Assembly (NCBI GenBank): GCA_046074325.1
Contig: JBJTNX010000070.1
Location: 1-49,739, forward strand
Length of the DNA: 49,739 nt
Direction of reading: 5' to 3'
Origin: Sphingomonadales bacterium
GTDB taxonomy: Bacteria > Bacteroidota > Bacteroidia > Flavobacteriales_D > Crocinitomicaceae
The position numbers and the translations under genes are program-made. Shown one piece after another: positions 10,270-20,295 of the stretch. The notes beneath the pieces were generated by a model that saw only the letters and a program-made list of their open reading frames with translations, was not told where the DNA came from and searched no databases. Every line of letters starts with the position of its first letter. Position 1 is the first letter of the stretch.

Positions 10270-13263
10270 ATGCGTTTAAAAGGATTTTTTTGGTTCCTGT
10301 CCATTCTTCTAACTGCTGTTTGCGTTTATCAGCTTTCCTTTACCTGGGTAGCCAGCAACGTTGAAACCAAGGCTGCTAAAGAAGCTGACCTCAAAGTAAA
10401 AATGCTTCGCGATGAAGCCAAAAACAACGATGGAAAAGCCATTTTACCAAACGGTACTCCAGTTGATTTTAATAACCCAGAAGCCGTTGAGCTAGCCAAA
10501 GCAGCTTTCCTCAACGAGATCCTTCGTGAAAAAGGCGAAAAGCCAGTTTATCCTGTGTTGGGATCTACTTTCGCTCAAGTGAAAAAAATGTCATTGGCTT
10601 TCGGTCTAGACCTCGTTGGAGGGATGAGCGTAACTGTTGAAATCTCTTACCCTGACCTCATTCGTGGCCATGTTAAAAGTGTCACAGACCCTAAATTTAC
10701 CAAACCATTTAACCGTGCTGTAGCTACTTACAACCGCGACGGCGGTGACTTCATTGCCACTTTCATCAGCGCCTACAAAAAAGCAAATGGTGCGCTTCCA
10801 CTAAGCTACATCATTCGCGGAGAATCAATTGGTATTAAAACCACTGACGCCGAAGTCGAAAACTACCTCCGTGACCTCGTCGCTTCTTCCATGAAAGGTA
10901 TCGAAGATATCATTGGTCGCCGTATCAACCAATTTGGTGTAGCCCAACCAAATATCCAAAGAGACCTTGCAACCAACCGCCTTTATATCGAACTTCCTGG
11001 TGTTCAAGATGAAGAAACTGTATCGCGCAAAATCCGCTCTACAGCTAACCTAGAGTTTTATGAAACTTACATGCCAGAGCAAATTCAAACCCAATGGCAA
11101 GAAGCTGCTCGCCTCAGTAAACTCAATGAAATCGTCATTGACGAGCTTGCACTCGAAGCAGATACATTGGCAGACACCACAGGTGTAGCAGACACCGCTG
11201 TTCAAGCCATTGCTACAAATACACAAAGTTCTATTTCAAATGCTTCTAAAAAGAGTCTTGCCGAGTATGTAACACCAGTAGGAGGCTATGCTATCGGTTA
11301 CGTGAATACGGCAGAAAAAGCGAATGTCGATGCCATTTTGCGTCGCAAAGACATCAAAAATGCCTTCCCGCAAGACCTCAAATTCATGTGGTCTGCCAAG
11401 CCTGAAAGCATTGACAACAAAACCAAGAAAACTGCTTATTTCCTCTATGCTTGCCGTATTCCAGATAACGGCAAAGCGCGCGTTCGCGGCGAGCACGTGA
11501 ACAACGCTAAAGTAGACTACGACCAAACAGACGGAAGTATCATCGTAAGTCTTTCCATGACCGATGAAGGCGCCGACGAATGGGGCCGCATGACCACCGA
11601 AAACAAAGACCGCATTATTGCGATCTCTATGGATAGTGTTGTATACAGTGCACCGCGTGTCATCAACGCCATCACAAACGGCAACACCCAAATCTCAGGT
11701 AGTTTTACTTTCCAAGAAGCAGAAGACCTCGCTGGTTTACTCAATGGAGGCGCACTTCCTGTACCTTGTGTGATCAAAGATCTTCAAAAAGTTGGTCCTA
11801 CTATTGGTGCTGAAAACTCAAAAGCTGGTCTGATTTCTTTTGGAGTAGCGTTTATCGCGGTACTTCTTTACATGATGTTCTATTACGGCAAAGCGGGTCA
11901 GGCGGCCAACATCGCCCTCATTGTAAACGTTGTGTTTATATTCGGATCACTTGCCTCTTTTGGTGCGGTCCTTACCCTTGCTGGTATTGCCGGTATCGTC
12001 CTTACAATCGGTACGGCAGTTGATGCCAACATCCTTATCTTTGAGCGTGTTCGTGAAGAACAAGCCATTGGCGCCGACACCGAAACGGCTATTAACACAG
12101 GTTTCCGCAAAGCACTTCCATCAATTATCGATGCGAACGTGACCCACTTATTGGTAGCCATTATTCTCAAGATCTTTGGTACAGGTGAAATCGAATCATT
12201 TGCAACAACGCTCATCATTGGTATTTTTACCTCCATGTTCTCTGCAATGGTTATTGCCGAATTAGCCATTCATTCTTGGTTGTCAAAAGGCAAAACAGTT
12301 GGTTTCAACACCAAGTATTCAAAAGGTTTGTTCCAAAACTTCAACTTCGACTGGATGGGCAAAAGAAAGTTCTTCTATGCTTTCTCGATCATCGTTACAA
12401 TTGCAGGTATAATCTCACTCTCGACACGTGGCCTCAAGCAAAGTGTAGAATTCACTGGTGGTCGTACCTTCGCGGTCAAATTCGAGAAAAAAGCCGACAT
12501 TGAAGCCATTCGTAAAGAACTCAGCAAAGTATTTGTAGAGAACGGTGAAACCGCTTCTATCGACCTCAAAACCAAATCCAACGATTACAACGTCGAGATC
12601 GTAACGAACTATTTGCTCAACAACGACGGTGCTACCGATCAAGTAAACGCGCAACTTAAAGCGGGTCTAGAAGCCTGCAAAGACAAAATGGGTAGCTATG
12701 ACATTTTGGAATCGCGCGCCATTTCTGCATCGATCTCAAGTGAGCTCTGGACCTCATCTACAATCGCAATTACACTTGCATTGTTGGCTATTTTTGCTTA
12801 CATCCTTATTCGTTTTGGCCACTGGCAGTATTCCTTGGGTGCCATCGTAGGTCTGGCTCACGATGCATTTTTTGTGATTTCGATTTTCTCTTTGCTACAC
12901 GGATACTTGCCCTTTACCCTAGATGTCAATCAGGCCTTCATTGCGGCAATTCTTACCGTTATTGGTTACTCCATGAACGATACCGTGATTGTATTTGACC
13001 GTATTCGTGAAAACCTACGCAAGAGCAAAGCCGATGACAACCACGGCGATATCATTAATAGCTCCCTTAACCGCACCCTATCAAGAACGTTCAACACCTC
13101 TATGATTCTATTTGTAGTTGTTTTGATTATGTTCATCTTTGGCGGTCCTGCAATTAAAGGTTTCTTATTTGCTTTGTTGGTCGGTGTATTAATTGGTACC
13201 TATTCTTCACTTTGTGTGGCAACGCCAATTCTTCTCGACTTCTCTAAGCGTCTTCGCGCTTAA
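10270..13263 (+). CDS. secDF: Protein translocase subunit SecDF (fused)
   Basis: 997 aa. N-terminal TM, large periplasmic domain, two 6-TM blocks with SecD/SecF signatures (GLDLVGG, GPTIGAE, DANILIFERVREE, GYSMNDTVIVFDRIRE). The fusion is typical of Bacteroidota. Confidence 0.9.
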   Translation: MRLKGFFWFLSILLTAVCVYQLSFTWVASNVETKAAKEADLKVKMLRDEAKNNDGKAILPNGTPVDFNNPEAVELAKAAFLNEILREKGEKPVYPVLGSTFAQVKKMSLAFGLDLVGGMSVTVEISYPDLIRGHVKSVTDPKFTKPFNRAVATYNRDGGDFIATFISAYKKANGALPLSYIIRGESIGIKTTDAEVENYLRDLVASSMKGIEDIIGRRINQFGVAQPNIQRDLATNRLYIELPGVQDEETVSRKIRSTANLEFYETYMPEQIQTQWQEAARLSKLNEIVIDELALEADTLADTTGVADTAVQAIATNTQSSISNASKKSLAEYVTPVGGYAIGYVNTAEKANVDAILRRKDIKNAFPQDLKFMWSAKPESIDNKTKKTAYFLYACRIPDNGKARVRGEHVNNAKVDYDQTDGSIIVSLSMTDEGADEWGRMTTENKDRIIAISMDSVVYSAPRVINAITNGNTQISGSFTFQEAEDLAGLLNGGALPVPCVIKDLQKVGPTIGAENSKAGLISFGVAFIAVLLYMMFYYGKAGQAANIALIVNVVFIFGSLASFGAVLTLAGIAGIVLTIGTAVDANILIFERVREEQAIGADTETAINTGFRKALPSIIDANVTHLLVAIILKIFGTGEIESFATTLIIGIFTSMFSAMVIAELAIHSWLSKGKTVGFNTKYSKGLFQNFNFDWMGKRKFFYAFSIIVTIAGIISLSTRGLKQSVEFTGGRTFAVKFEKKADIEAIRKELSKVFVENGETASIDLKTKSNDYNVEIVTNYLLNNDGATDQVNAQLKAGLEACKDKMGSYDILESRAISASISSELWTSSTIAITLALLAIFAYILIRFGHWQYSLGAIVGLAHDAFFVISIFSLLHGYLPFTLDVNQAFIAAILTVIGYSMNDTVIVFDRIRENLRKSKADDNHGDIINSSLNRTLSRTFNTSMILFVVVLIMFIFGGPAIKGFLFALLVGVLIGTYSSLCVATPILLDFSKRLRA

Positions 13264-13281
13264 TCACAAAAGTTTTTTTTC

Positions 13282-13311
13282 AAAAAAGCCGCTCTCAGAA
13301 GCGGCTTTTTT
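13282..13311 (+). terminator. Rho-independent terminator after secDF
   Basis: AAAAAAGCCGC-TCTCAGAA-GCGGCTTTTTT hairpin with a T-run, 19 nt after the secDF stop. Confidence 0.75.
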
Positions 13312-13346
13312 GTTAGGTGTACGTCTTAATTGCGTTATTACGCTTG

Positions 13347-16346
13347 ATGAATATGAAAAACAAATTCTTAGCCGGACTAATTTTTCTTTTGGTGTTCGCT
13401 TTTGGTTGGTGGCTTACAGATCAACCTGAGCCTGTTACAGATCCATACAAGGCTTTAAAAACAGACAAGGAAAGCACGCGAAAAGCTGATTTTCCAGCCA
13501 ATCTACAAACACAAGTGCCGGCACTTAAGGTTAAAGGCGATACCAACTTACGTTTACAGTATCAATCGCTAAAAATTAAAAGTTACCTCGAGAATGGCTA
13601 CGCCCGAACCCGTTACGAACTTATAGTGACTAATCCGTATTCGAAAACACTTGAAGCTGACTTCGAACTGCTATTAAATCAAGGACAAACCCTGACCGCA
13701 TTCTCCCTGGAGGTGAACGGAGAAATGCGTCCAGCGGTAGCCGTCGAGAAAAAAAAGGCACGTATCGCCTATGAAGCTACAGTCAGAAAAGGAATAGATC
13801 CTGGGCTCATTGAACAAGTTGCAGGCAACACTTTTCGTATGCGCGTTTTTCCATTACTCAGTAGGGTACCAAAAAAACTCATTTTTGAGGTGAGTGCAGT
13901 ACTTGTGCAGGATGCAACCCACGCTTATTTTTCACTACCGCTTCAAAGTAAAAATAGCTTCGGTCATTTCAGTTATAAAGCAATCAGTTATAGGTCTGGT
14001 AAACCTATTGTACTACGCAAATACAATTTTTACAAAAAGCCTCTTGATCTTCGTATTCAAATCAAATTGCCCTTGTCGCAAAGAATGCAAGCCCAAGCCA
14101 ATCAACTAGGCGGCGCTGTTTATTTCAATACGAACATGCCTTTGCCGCTTAAATATGCGCCAAAAAAAGCCCCGCGTTCAATAACAGTCTGCTGGGATGC
14201 TTCTGCATCAAGAGATAATCCGTCGGCACGCAATAAAGAGCTTGCCTTATTGATGGCATATATTCGCCGTATTCCTAGTGGCCGTATCGAATTACTCTGT
14301 TTTGCGCATCAAGTACTTGAGAAGAACTATTTTGACATCAAAAACGGACAGGCCATAGGTCTGAAGTCATATATAAAGGAGCTTGATTACGACGGCGGGT
14401 CGGCGTTGTCTTGTCTTGAATTTGGCAAAATGAGTGGGAAAGAAGTGCTGTTGTTTACGGATGGTCTTCAATCTTTAGGTACTTTTCATTTCTCAGCAGG
14501 AAAGACAAAAATTTATCCAATTGTGAATAGTGGTAAATTGGATAAAGGTTTATTGCAGGATCTTGCCAATCAAACCAATGGTAGCGTCATTGATCTTCAG
14601 CAAATAAGTATCCAGGAAGCTTTACAGCAATTGACCCGACAATACTTGCGTTTTCTTGGCTTTAAAGAGCAGCTCAGCGGCTTGGAGTATTATACCACGG
14701 AACTCGACCCAGCTGCACAAAGATTGATGTTGAGTATTCGTGTGCCACGGACATGTAAAAAACTGACTGCTCAGTTTGGATTAGATGCCAAAAATGTAAT
14801 CGCTCAAACCGTCATTGATTTGCCAAAAAGCACCCGTATTTCAGCAGGTAAATCTGAGGTCAAGCGCTGGGCTTTGACAAAATTAGCAGGTTTAGAAACA
14901 CAACCTCAAAAAAACCAAAAGGCAATTTTAGCGCTAGGAGTCAAGTATCGTTTAGCCAGTTCGGCCACTTCGTTGCTGGTACTCGATGCCCTTGAGGATT
15001 ACCTCGAGCACCAAATTGTGCCGCCTCCGTCTATGCAGAAAGCGTATTTTAAGGCACTTGCTGAACAGAAAAAGCAGCAAAATCCAGATCCGCAAAAATC
15101 ACATCTAAAGCAGCTTCGTAAAGATTGGAAGGCCTATCAGAGATGGTATTGGAAGGATCCCAAAAAACGTAAAAAACAAAAAATAGAACCAGAAAGGCAT
15201 TCTGAACAAAACTTTAGCATCGCCCCTCCTTCTACGCAAGAGATGGAGGAGCCCACTAGTAATTTCTCAGTGAACCCAAGTGGAGCAAACTTCAATTTGA
15301 ATGCCACGGCTATGGGTGCTAACGCGACTTTTTCTTGGTCCAATAGTGCGGCGCCAAGCGGAGTTGATTTGAGTTCTGGTTTTGGGACTTATCATGTTAC
15401 CGTTAATGATGCCAATGGCAATTCAATGAGCACCGTACCTCAAGCAACAATTGCACTTGCAGCCTGGAATCCGAAGACATCTTATCTTCGAAAACTACGC
15501 AGTGTTCCTTTCAAAGATGCCTACAGCCAATATTTACAGCTCAAGCCTACCTATGCGGCGCAACCTTCTTTTTTTATTGATGTAGCGGACTTTTTTAACG
15601 CCAAACACGATGCCAAAACCGCCATTCGAATCCTGACAAATTTAGCAGAAATGGAGCTTAAAGATGTCGCGCTCATGCGTGTGGTAGCGCAAAAATTAAT
15701 GGAATTGAAAGCCAAAAAACTGGCGCTTGTGTTGCTTAAAGAAGTCTTGGAATTGCGTCCGGAAGAACCACAATCTTACAGAGACTATGCTTTGGCGCTG
15801 GCTGAAAATGGCCAATATAATTTGGCGGTAAATTGTTTATGGAAACTGGTAAAACAACCATTTGACGGTCGCTTTTGGGGTATTCATTTGATTGCCCTCA
15901 ATGAAATTAATCATTTATTAGTGAAATACCCGAAGCAAATCGATGCACAGCAAATACCGTCCGAGTTCCGCGTTAAATTGCCTTTAGATATTCGGGTTGT
16001 ACTCAATTGGGATGCCGACGATACCGATGTCGACTTATGGGTAACCGAACCCAATGGCGAGAAATGTATGTATTCCTATAAGAATACAACAAACGGCGGT
16101 CGTATTTCCAATGATTTTACGCAAGGATATGGCCCTGAAGAGTATGTCATTCGAAAAGCACCCAGAGGAACCTACACGATTCAAGCCCATTACTTTGGCA
16201 ATCATAGGCCAACACTGAGTGGGAAGGCGATTCTTACAGTACAGTTCTTTCAATATTACGGAACCCCTTTCGAGGTGAGGCGCGTTGTCACGCGACGCCT
16301 AGGAAAGGTGGACGAGGAAATCGACCTCGCCACCTTTGAATTCTAG
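13347..16346 (+). CDS. VIT domain / vWA (MIDAS DxSxS) / TPR-like / DUF2135 (YfaP-like) multidomain protein
   Basis: Start chosen at ATG 13347 (MNMKNKFLAGLIFLLVFAF). The tracked GTG at 13317 lies just 6 nt downstream of the secDF terminator. VIT-like block (LKIKSYLENGYARTRYELIV...FRMRVFPL). vWA-like ITVCWDASASRD. C-terminal DIRVVLNWDADDTDVDLWVTEPNGE...GYGPEEYVIRKAPRGTY is the DUF2135 signature. Confidence 0.8.
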   Translation: MNMKNKFLAGLIFLLVFAFGWWLTDQPEPVTDPYKALKTDKESTRKADFPANLQTQVPALKVKGDTNLRLQYQSLKIKSYLENGYARTRYELIVTNPYSKTLEADFELLLNQGQTLTAFSLEVNGEMRPAVAVEKKKARIAYEATVRKGIDPGLIEQVAGNTFRMRVFPLLSRVPKKLIFEVSAVLVQDATHAYFSLPLQSKNSFGHFSYKAISYRSGKPIVLRKYNFYKKPLDLRIQIKLPLSQRMQAQANQLGGAVYFNTNMPLPLKYAPKKAPRSITVCWDASASRDNPSARNKELALLMAYIRRIPSGRIELLCFAHQVLEKNYFDIKNGQAIGLKSYIKELDYDGGSALSCLEFGKMSGKEVLLFTDGLQSLGTFHFSAGKTKIYPIVNSGKLDKGLLQDLANQTNGSVIDLQQISIQEALQQLTRQYLRFLGFKEQLSGLEYYTTELDPAAQRLMLSIRVPRTCKKLTAQFGLDAKNVIAQTVIDLPKSTRISAGKSEVKRWALTKLAGLETQPQKNQKAILALGVKYRLASSATSLLVLDALEDYLEHQIVPPPSMQKAYFKALAEQKKQQNPDPQKSHLKQLRKDWKAYQRWYWKDPKKRKKQKIEPERHSEQNFSIAPPSTQEMEEPTSNFSVNPSGANFNLNATAMGANATFSWSNSAAPSGVDLSSGFGTYHVTVNDANGNSMSTVPQATIALAAWNPKTSYLRKLRSVPFKDAYSQYLQLKPTYAAQPSFFIDVADFFNAKHDAKTAIRILTNLAEMELKDVALMRVVAQKLMELKAKKLALVLLKEVLELRPEEPQSYRDYALALAENGQYNLAVNCLWKLVKQPFDGRFWGIHLIALNEINHLLVKYPKQIDAQQIPSEFRVKLPLDIRVVLNWDADDTDVDLWVTEPNGEKCMYSYKNTTNGGRISNDFTQGYGPEEYVIRKAPRGTYTIQAHYFGNHRPTLSGKAILTVQFFQYYGTPFEVRRVVTRRLGKVDEEIDLATFEF

Positions 16347-16348
16347 GC

Positions 16349-19300
16349 CTATTTTTTAATGAATTGTAATACGGCAGCTTGTTGCCCATCGTATAAACCG
16401 AGGTAGTAGGTGCCGGCGGCAATTTTTGGACTCAGTTCTAGTGGTTGTTTGATGCTTCCATTTTGGGCATAGAGTTTAAATACACTGATTTGTTGCCCGA
16501 GTACATTGAATAATTTGGCTTCAATAACTTGGCCTTGAACACCTTCAATTTGGATTTCAAAACTGCCATTATTGGGGTTGGGGTACAAGTTGGCAGCAGC
16601 AAAACTGAGCTCAGCAAGTCCAGATGTATTGACGGTGACCTCTATGGAAGTGATGCAGCCGTTGTTGTCTTTCACGTAGCAAATGTAAGTACCAACCGCG
16701 AGGTTGGCAAAGAATGAGCCTGAGTAATAGGTTTGCCCATCCATCGAGTAGGTGTAGGGTGAATTCCCGCCACTTGCACTCAAAGCAATGGTGCCGTCAT
16801 TTCCATTGGATACGGTAGTACTGGCATTCAATACGAGTGCGGTGGGTTCAGTAATGGTGGAGGTAAAAGCTTGCTGACAGCCATTCGCATCAGTTGCTGT
16901 AAGCATGTAGGTGCCTGCTGCCAAATTATTGAAATTAGGAGTATTTACAGCTGTTCCGCCATTGAGTGAATAGGTATATGGACTTGTTCCGCCACTGACT
17001 TGGCTGGTCAATATTCCGTCGTTAGCGCCATTACAACTGATCATAGTCGGGATCATGTTGACGCTCAAGGCAGCCGGTTCCGTAACGACATAAATGAGTG
17101 TTGTGTTACAACCATTGGCATCAATAACACCAATGGTATAGGTGCCCGCGCCGAGGTTGACAAACGTATTGCTGGCTTGGTCAGCGCCGTTATTGATAGT
17201 GAAGTTGTATGGCGCGGTGCCGCCAGTTGGGCTCACCACAATGGTTGCAGTCTGGGATCCAGCACAAGCAATAGAAGTAGTTTGTGAGATATTTGCGCCG
17301 ATGGAAGCAGTGGCTGCAAGTGTAACAGTACCTGAAACCGTGCAGCCTGCGTTGTCCGAAACGCTATAGTTGTAGCTTCCAGCGGCAAGATTACTAAATG
17401 TATTGGTGCTTTGGCTAGGTGAGTTAGCGATGCTATATGTAAAAGGCGCTCCTGTACCACTTGTTTGTAGTTCAATAATTCCGTTACTCGCATTGCAACT
17501 AGGCTGCTGGCTTACAATCGGATTCACGGTGAAAGAAGAGGCGCCTAATACATTGATACTGATGCTAAATGCGTCGTTGCAGGTGTTTTCATCATTGCCG
17601 ATGCCATTGATATTTGCCAGTTGCAGGTTAAGTACATTGGCACCTGCTTGTAAGCCACTTGCCATTATGTAGATGGTATCAATGGTTTGATAGCTGTTCA
17701 GGGTGCTTGAATTGTAATTTTGCGAAATGGCGCCAGCAGTTCCAACCTGAGCACTTAGGTTAAATGTAGTGATGGCATTGACACCTCTATTCTCTACCAC
17801 CACAGCCACCTCTGTGCTCGAACCGCAAATACCACCATTTTGAGTTGTAAAGGCCTCTAGGATTGCTAAATCCAGTGAGTCTGGGTTCATTTTAAAGGCA
17901 GATACATTGGTGACAATATTGTTGTTGGAGTTCATGACTACACCGGTGTAGAAAAAGGTCAGGCCATCGAAGTCATCGATGCACATGTGATGGTAATCAC
18001 CCCAACGGGTGTTTGAGGTTCTTGCCGACATTCCTTGCTTGATCATGGTTTCTGGAAGTGTCATTTGTCCGAGTGGATCACATGCTTTACGACCAGTCAT
18101 CTGAATGGAAGGATAATCTGGTGCGGTGGTTCCGGATGTTGAATACGCCATCATGATATTTCCGTATTTGTCAATATTGATGGCAGGCATCCAGCGATTC
18201 AGTGTGGTTCCGGGTGCGTAAGTACCTTCTTGATACAAACTCCAGCTGCCAGTGCTGCCTGTAGGTCGACGAAGTTCTAGCCAACGCACACCTGCGCGGT
18301 TGTTTCCGTTGACATCTGTTGCCAAACATAAGACCATGGCCTGGTGATCGTTGAAAACCCGCATAGGTGCTTTGTACATGACGCATTCGCGAAGGGGGTC
18401 TAGTTTTACGGTGGTGCCAGGTTGTGAAATACAAGAAAAGCTCGTCAGACCACAAAGATCGGAATCGATTTCAGTGATAGGCACATCTTGAATTTTAGCA
18501 ACGCTTCCAGTGTTGTTCGTCCAGTTGATGGTCATTTCCCAGATTTCTATCCAGTCGTTGGTAGGGCTATCAGGTGAGCCGTTGGTGTGCTTTTCATCGT
18601 CGCGGTGACGCACAAAAAGTGGTTTTTGACCAAGTGGTGCCGAAAGGTCACCTTCGAGGTCTACAGGTGTAATCGATTGAAAACCAAATCCGTTGAGGGT
18701 ATAGCCAATGGCAACGCCAATGAATGGAGAAGTGGCACCAGAGATAAGCGCACTGAGTTTCATGGCATAGACGCGCGGTGGGCCGCCTTCGTTGGTGGTC
18801 GCTAACAAGGCGTCGGCTGTTTCGCAAATACTCCATTTTGGGTAATCGGGGAAATTTGGGCATGTGAATTGGTAAAAATGATATGCCCCTTGTGGATTGC
18901 TCGTTTGTGAAACATATACGAGCAATTTTTTTTGAGCCTGGGTTGAAAATTGGGTGATAATCCAGCGTTTAGCACTTTTGTAATAGAGAATGACGGGATC
19001 TCCAAGGCCTGTAACAGTTGGGCTACCCAAAGTAGAGGCCATCACGAGCGTGCCACTTACGGCAGCTCCTGTGGACTTGTTAAAAATCTTGTAGGAGCCA
19101 CCGCTACCGGCATTGGTTCCTTGGATGTACACAGTTGAATCGGCTTCTCCGGTTGGATCGGGTGGTGAAATGCCGTTGCCAATACCTTGAACTTGCCACA
19201 GCAAACTTGCTGAAACCGTTTTTTGTGCGTTTTGATGTTGTTGCCAGACCCAATCAGGTTGGTGCGCATTGCTGCCGAGTTGAACAGCTAATTCACGGCC

Positions 19301-19459
19301 TTTGAAGTTGGGAACAATGATTTCTTTATTGGCATCGGCACCTGTTGGCGCTGCCACTAGTTGAGCAGTTCCTGGGCTGAAATATCCATAAAATTCTGCT
19401 TGTTGGGCCGCAAACTGCTGCGCAAATAACAAGCATACGAGAAGGTAGCGTAGTTTCAT
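16349..19459 (-). CDS. Secreted T9SS cargo protein: about 640-aa N-terminal beta-rich domain, four SprB-type repeats, T9SS CTD
   Basis: 1036 aa. Signal peptide MKLRYLLVCLLFAQQFAAQ. Four tandem 74-78 aa repeats with C..(A)NDG......GG..PYTYS......N.F.NL.AGTY...V.DANGC. Last 89 aa (LYPNPNNGSFEIQI...GTYYLGL) is a T9SS sorting domain. Confidence 0.8.
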   Translation of the reverse strand: MKLRYLLVCLLFAQQFAAQQAEFYGYFSPGTAQLVAAPTGADANKEIIVPNFKGRELAVQLGSNAHQPDWVWQQHQNAQKTVSASLLWQVQGIGNGISPPDPTGEADSTVYIQGTNAGSGGSYKIFNKSTGAAVSGTLVMASTLGSPTVTGLGDPVILYYKSAKRWIITQFSTQAQKKLLVYVSQTSNPQGAYHFYQFTCPNFPDYPKWSICETADALLATTNEGGPPRVYAMKLSALISGATSPFIGVAIGYTLNGFGFQSITPVDLEGDLSAPLGQKPLFVRHRDDEKHTNGSPDSPTNDWIEIWEMTINWTNNTGSVAKIQDVPITEIDSDLCGLTSFSCISQPGTTVKLDPLRECVMYKAPMRVFNDHQAMVLCLATDVNGNNRAGVRWLELRRPTGSTGSWSLYQEGTYAPGTTLNRWMPAINIDKYGNIMMAYSTSGTTAPDYPSIQMTGRKACDPLGQMTLPETMIKQGMSARTSNTRWGDYHHMCIDDFDGLTFFYTGVVMNSNNNIVTNVSAFKMNPDSLDLAILEAFTTQNGGICGSSTEVAVVVENRGVNAITTFNLSAQVGTAGAISQNYNSSTLNSYQTIDTIYIMASGLQAGANVLNLQLANINGIGNDENTCNDAFSISINVLGASSFTVNPIVSQQPSCNASNGIIELQTSGTGAPFTYSIANSPSQSTNTFSNLAAGSYNYSVSDNAGCTVSGTVTLAATASIGANISQTTSIACAGSQTATIVVSPTGGTAPYNFTINNGADQASNTFVNLGAGTYTIGVIDANGCNTTLIYVVTEPAALSVNMIPTMISCNGANDGILTSQVSGGTSPYTYSLNGGTAVNTPNFNNLAAGTYMLTATDANGCQQAFTSTITEPTALVLNASTTVSNGNDGTIALSASGGNSPYTYSMDGQTYYSGSFFANLAVGTYICYVKDNNGCITSIEVTVNTSGLAELSFAAANLYPNPNNGSFEIQIEGVQGQVIEAKLFNVLGQQISVFKLYAQNGSIKQPLELSPKIAAGTYYLGLYDGQQAAVLQFIKK
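16619..17539 (-). repeat. Four tandem coding repeats (SprB-type, 74-78 aa each) inside the 1036-aa gene
   Basis: Residue counting back from the C-terminus: an 89-aa CTD preceded by repeats of 74, 77, 78 and 78 aa sharing the GG.(S/A)PY.(Y/F)(S/T) and AG(T/S)Y......D.(N/A)GC motifs. Confidence 0.7.
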
Positions 19460-19524
19460 AGTTGATAAGTTGAGTTTAGCACTATGAAATTATGAAAATT
19501 TATCGAAATCAGTTGTTGAAGTCT

Positions 19525-19532
19525 TATTTTTG
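19525..19532 (+). promoter_or_regulatory. -7 box TATTTTTG, 5 nt upstream of the yaaA ATG (leaderless geometry)
   Basis: Exact TAnnTTTG match; ATG at 19538. Confidence 0.4.
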
Positions 19533-19537
19533 CATTC

Positions 19538-20287
19538 ATGATAATCCTGTTGTCTCCTGCAAAATTAATGCGCCCTTACAACGCGACTGCAGCTGCGCAG
19601 TTGGTCTTTAAAAAAGAAACCAATTTGGTCATCAAGCAGCTCAAAAAATGGTCCCTCAAAGAGGTGCAGCTCTGCATGAAATTATCGGCAGACAAGGCAC
19701 TTGAAGCTTATAACTACATCCAAAATTGGGGCAAGAAAGGCAATGAAAGTCAAAGTGCACCTGCGCTTTATGCATATATCGGCGAAGCGTTTAAGGCACT
19801 TGATGCCGAAAATTTACAGGAAAACGAGCTTGTTTATCTGCAAGAAAACCTCTTCATCCTTTCAGGTTTGTACGGCGTTTTAAGCGCGCAAACGCGTGTA
19901 GAACCCTACCGCTTAGAAATGGCGCAAGCGGCAGTGCTTCCGGAAAACCAATCGCTCTATTCTTTTTGGAAAAAACCAATTCGAGATTTTTTAAACAAGA
20001 CGCTTTCCAAAGAAGATTGCATTATCAATTTGGCGAGTGCAGAATACAGCAAGGTAATAGAAGACCCTAAATTGCTTGCCCGAATGATCACGCCACAATT
20101 TTTAGAGTTGAATAACGGTAAGCCAAAAGCGGTTTCTGTTTTTTCGAAACAGGCGCGTGGCACCATGCTGCGTTGGTGCGCTCAACTACAGCTTAAAGAA
20201 CCTGAACAACTCAAATCGTTTGATTTGCTTGGCTACCATTTTGACGCGGCACGCTCGACTTCGAATGATTGGATTTTTATACGTTAG
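19538..20287 (+). CDS. yaaA: Peroxide stress protein YaaA (UPF0246/DUF328)
   Basis: 249 aa. MIILLSPAK start and the Y.G..F..L, LSGLYG.L...D.V.PYRLEM, FSK.ARG.M.R pattern of YaaA. Confidence 0.85.
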   Translation: MIILLSPAKLMRPYNATAAAQLVFKKETNLVIKQLKKWSLKEVQLCMKLSADKALEAYNYIQNWGKKGNESQSAPALYAYIGEAFKALDAENLQENELVYLQENLFILSGLYGVLSAQTRVEPYRLEMAQAAVLPENQSLYSFWKKPIRDFLNKTLSKEDCIINLASAEYSKVIEDPKLLARMITPQFLELNNGKPKAVSVFSKQARGTMLRWCAQLQLKEPEQLKSFDLLGYHFDAARSTSNDWIFIR

Positions 20288-20295
20288 GCCCTAAT

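Noticed and set aside
11236-12654. Multiple 60-150 aa antisense or off-frame ORFs inside secDF. Comparable ones occur inside the large T9SS cargo genes, the M16 genes and the coiled-coil gene (for example 23963-24454).
   Set aside because: They are fully nested within strongly supported genes, have no motifs, and are typical of spurious ORFs in moderate-GC DNA.
13317-13346. GTG start at 13317 for the VIT-domain gene.
   Set aside because: It lies just 6 nt downstream of the secDF terminator hairpin and T-run. The ATG at 13347 gives a standard signal/TM N-terminus (MNMKNKFLAGLIFLLVFAF).
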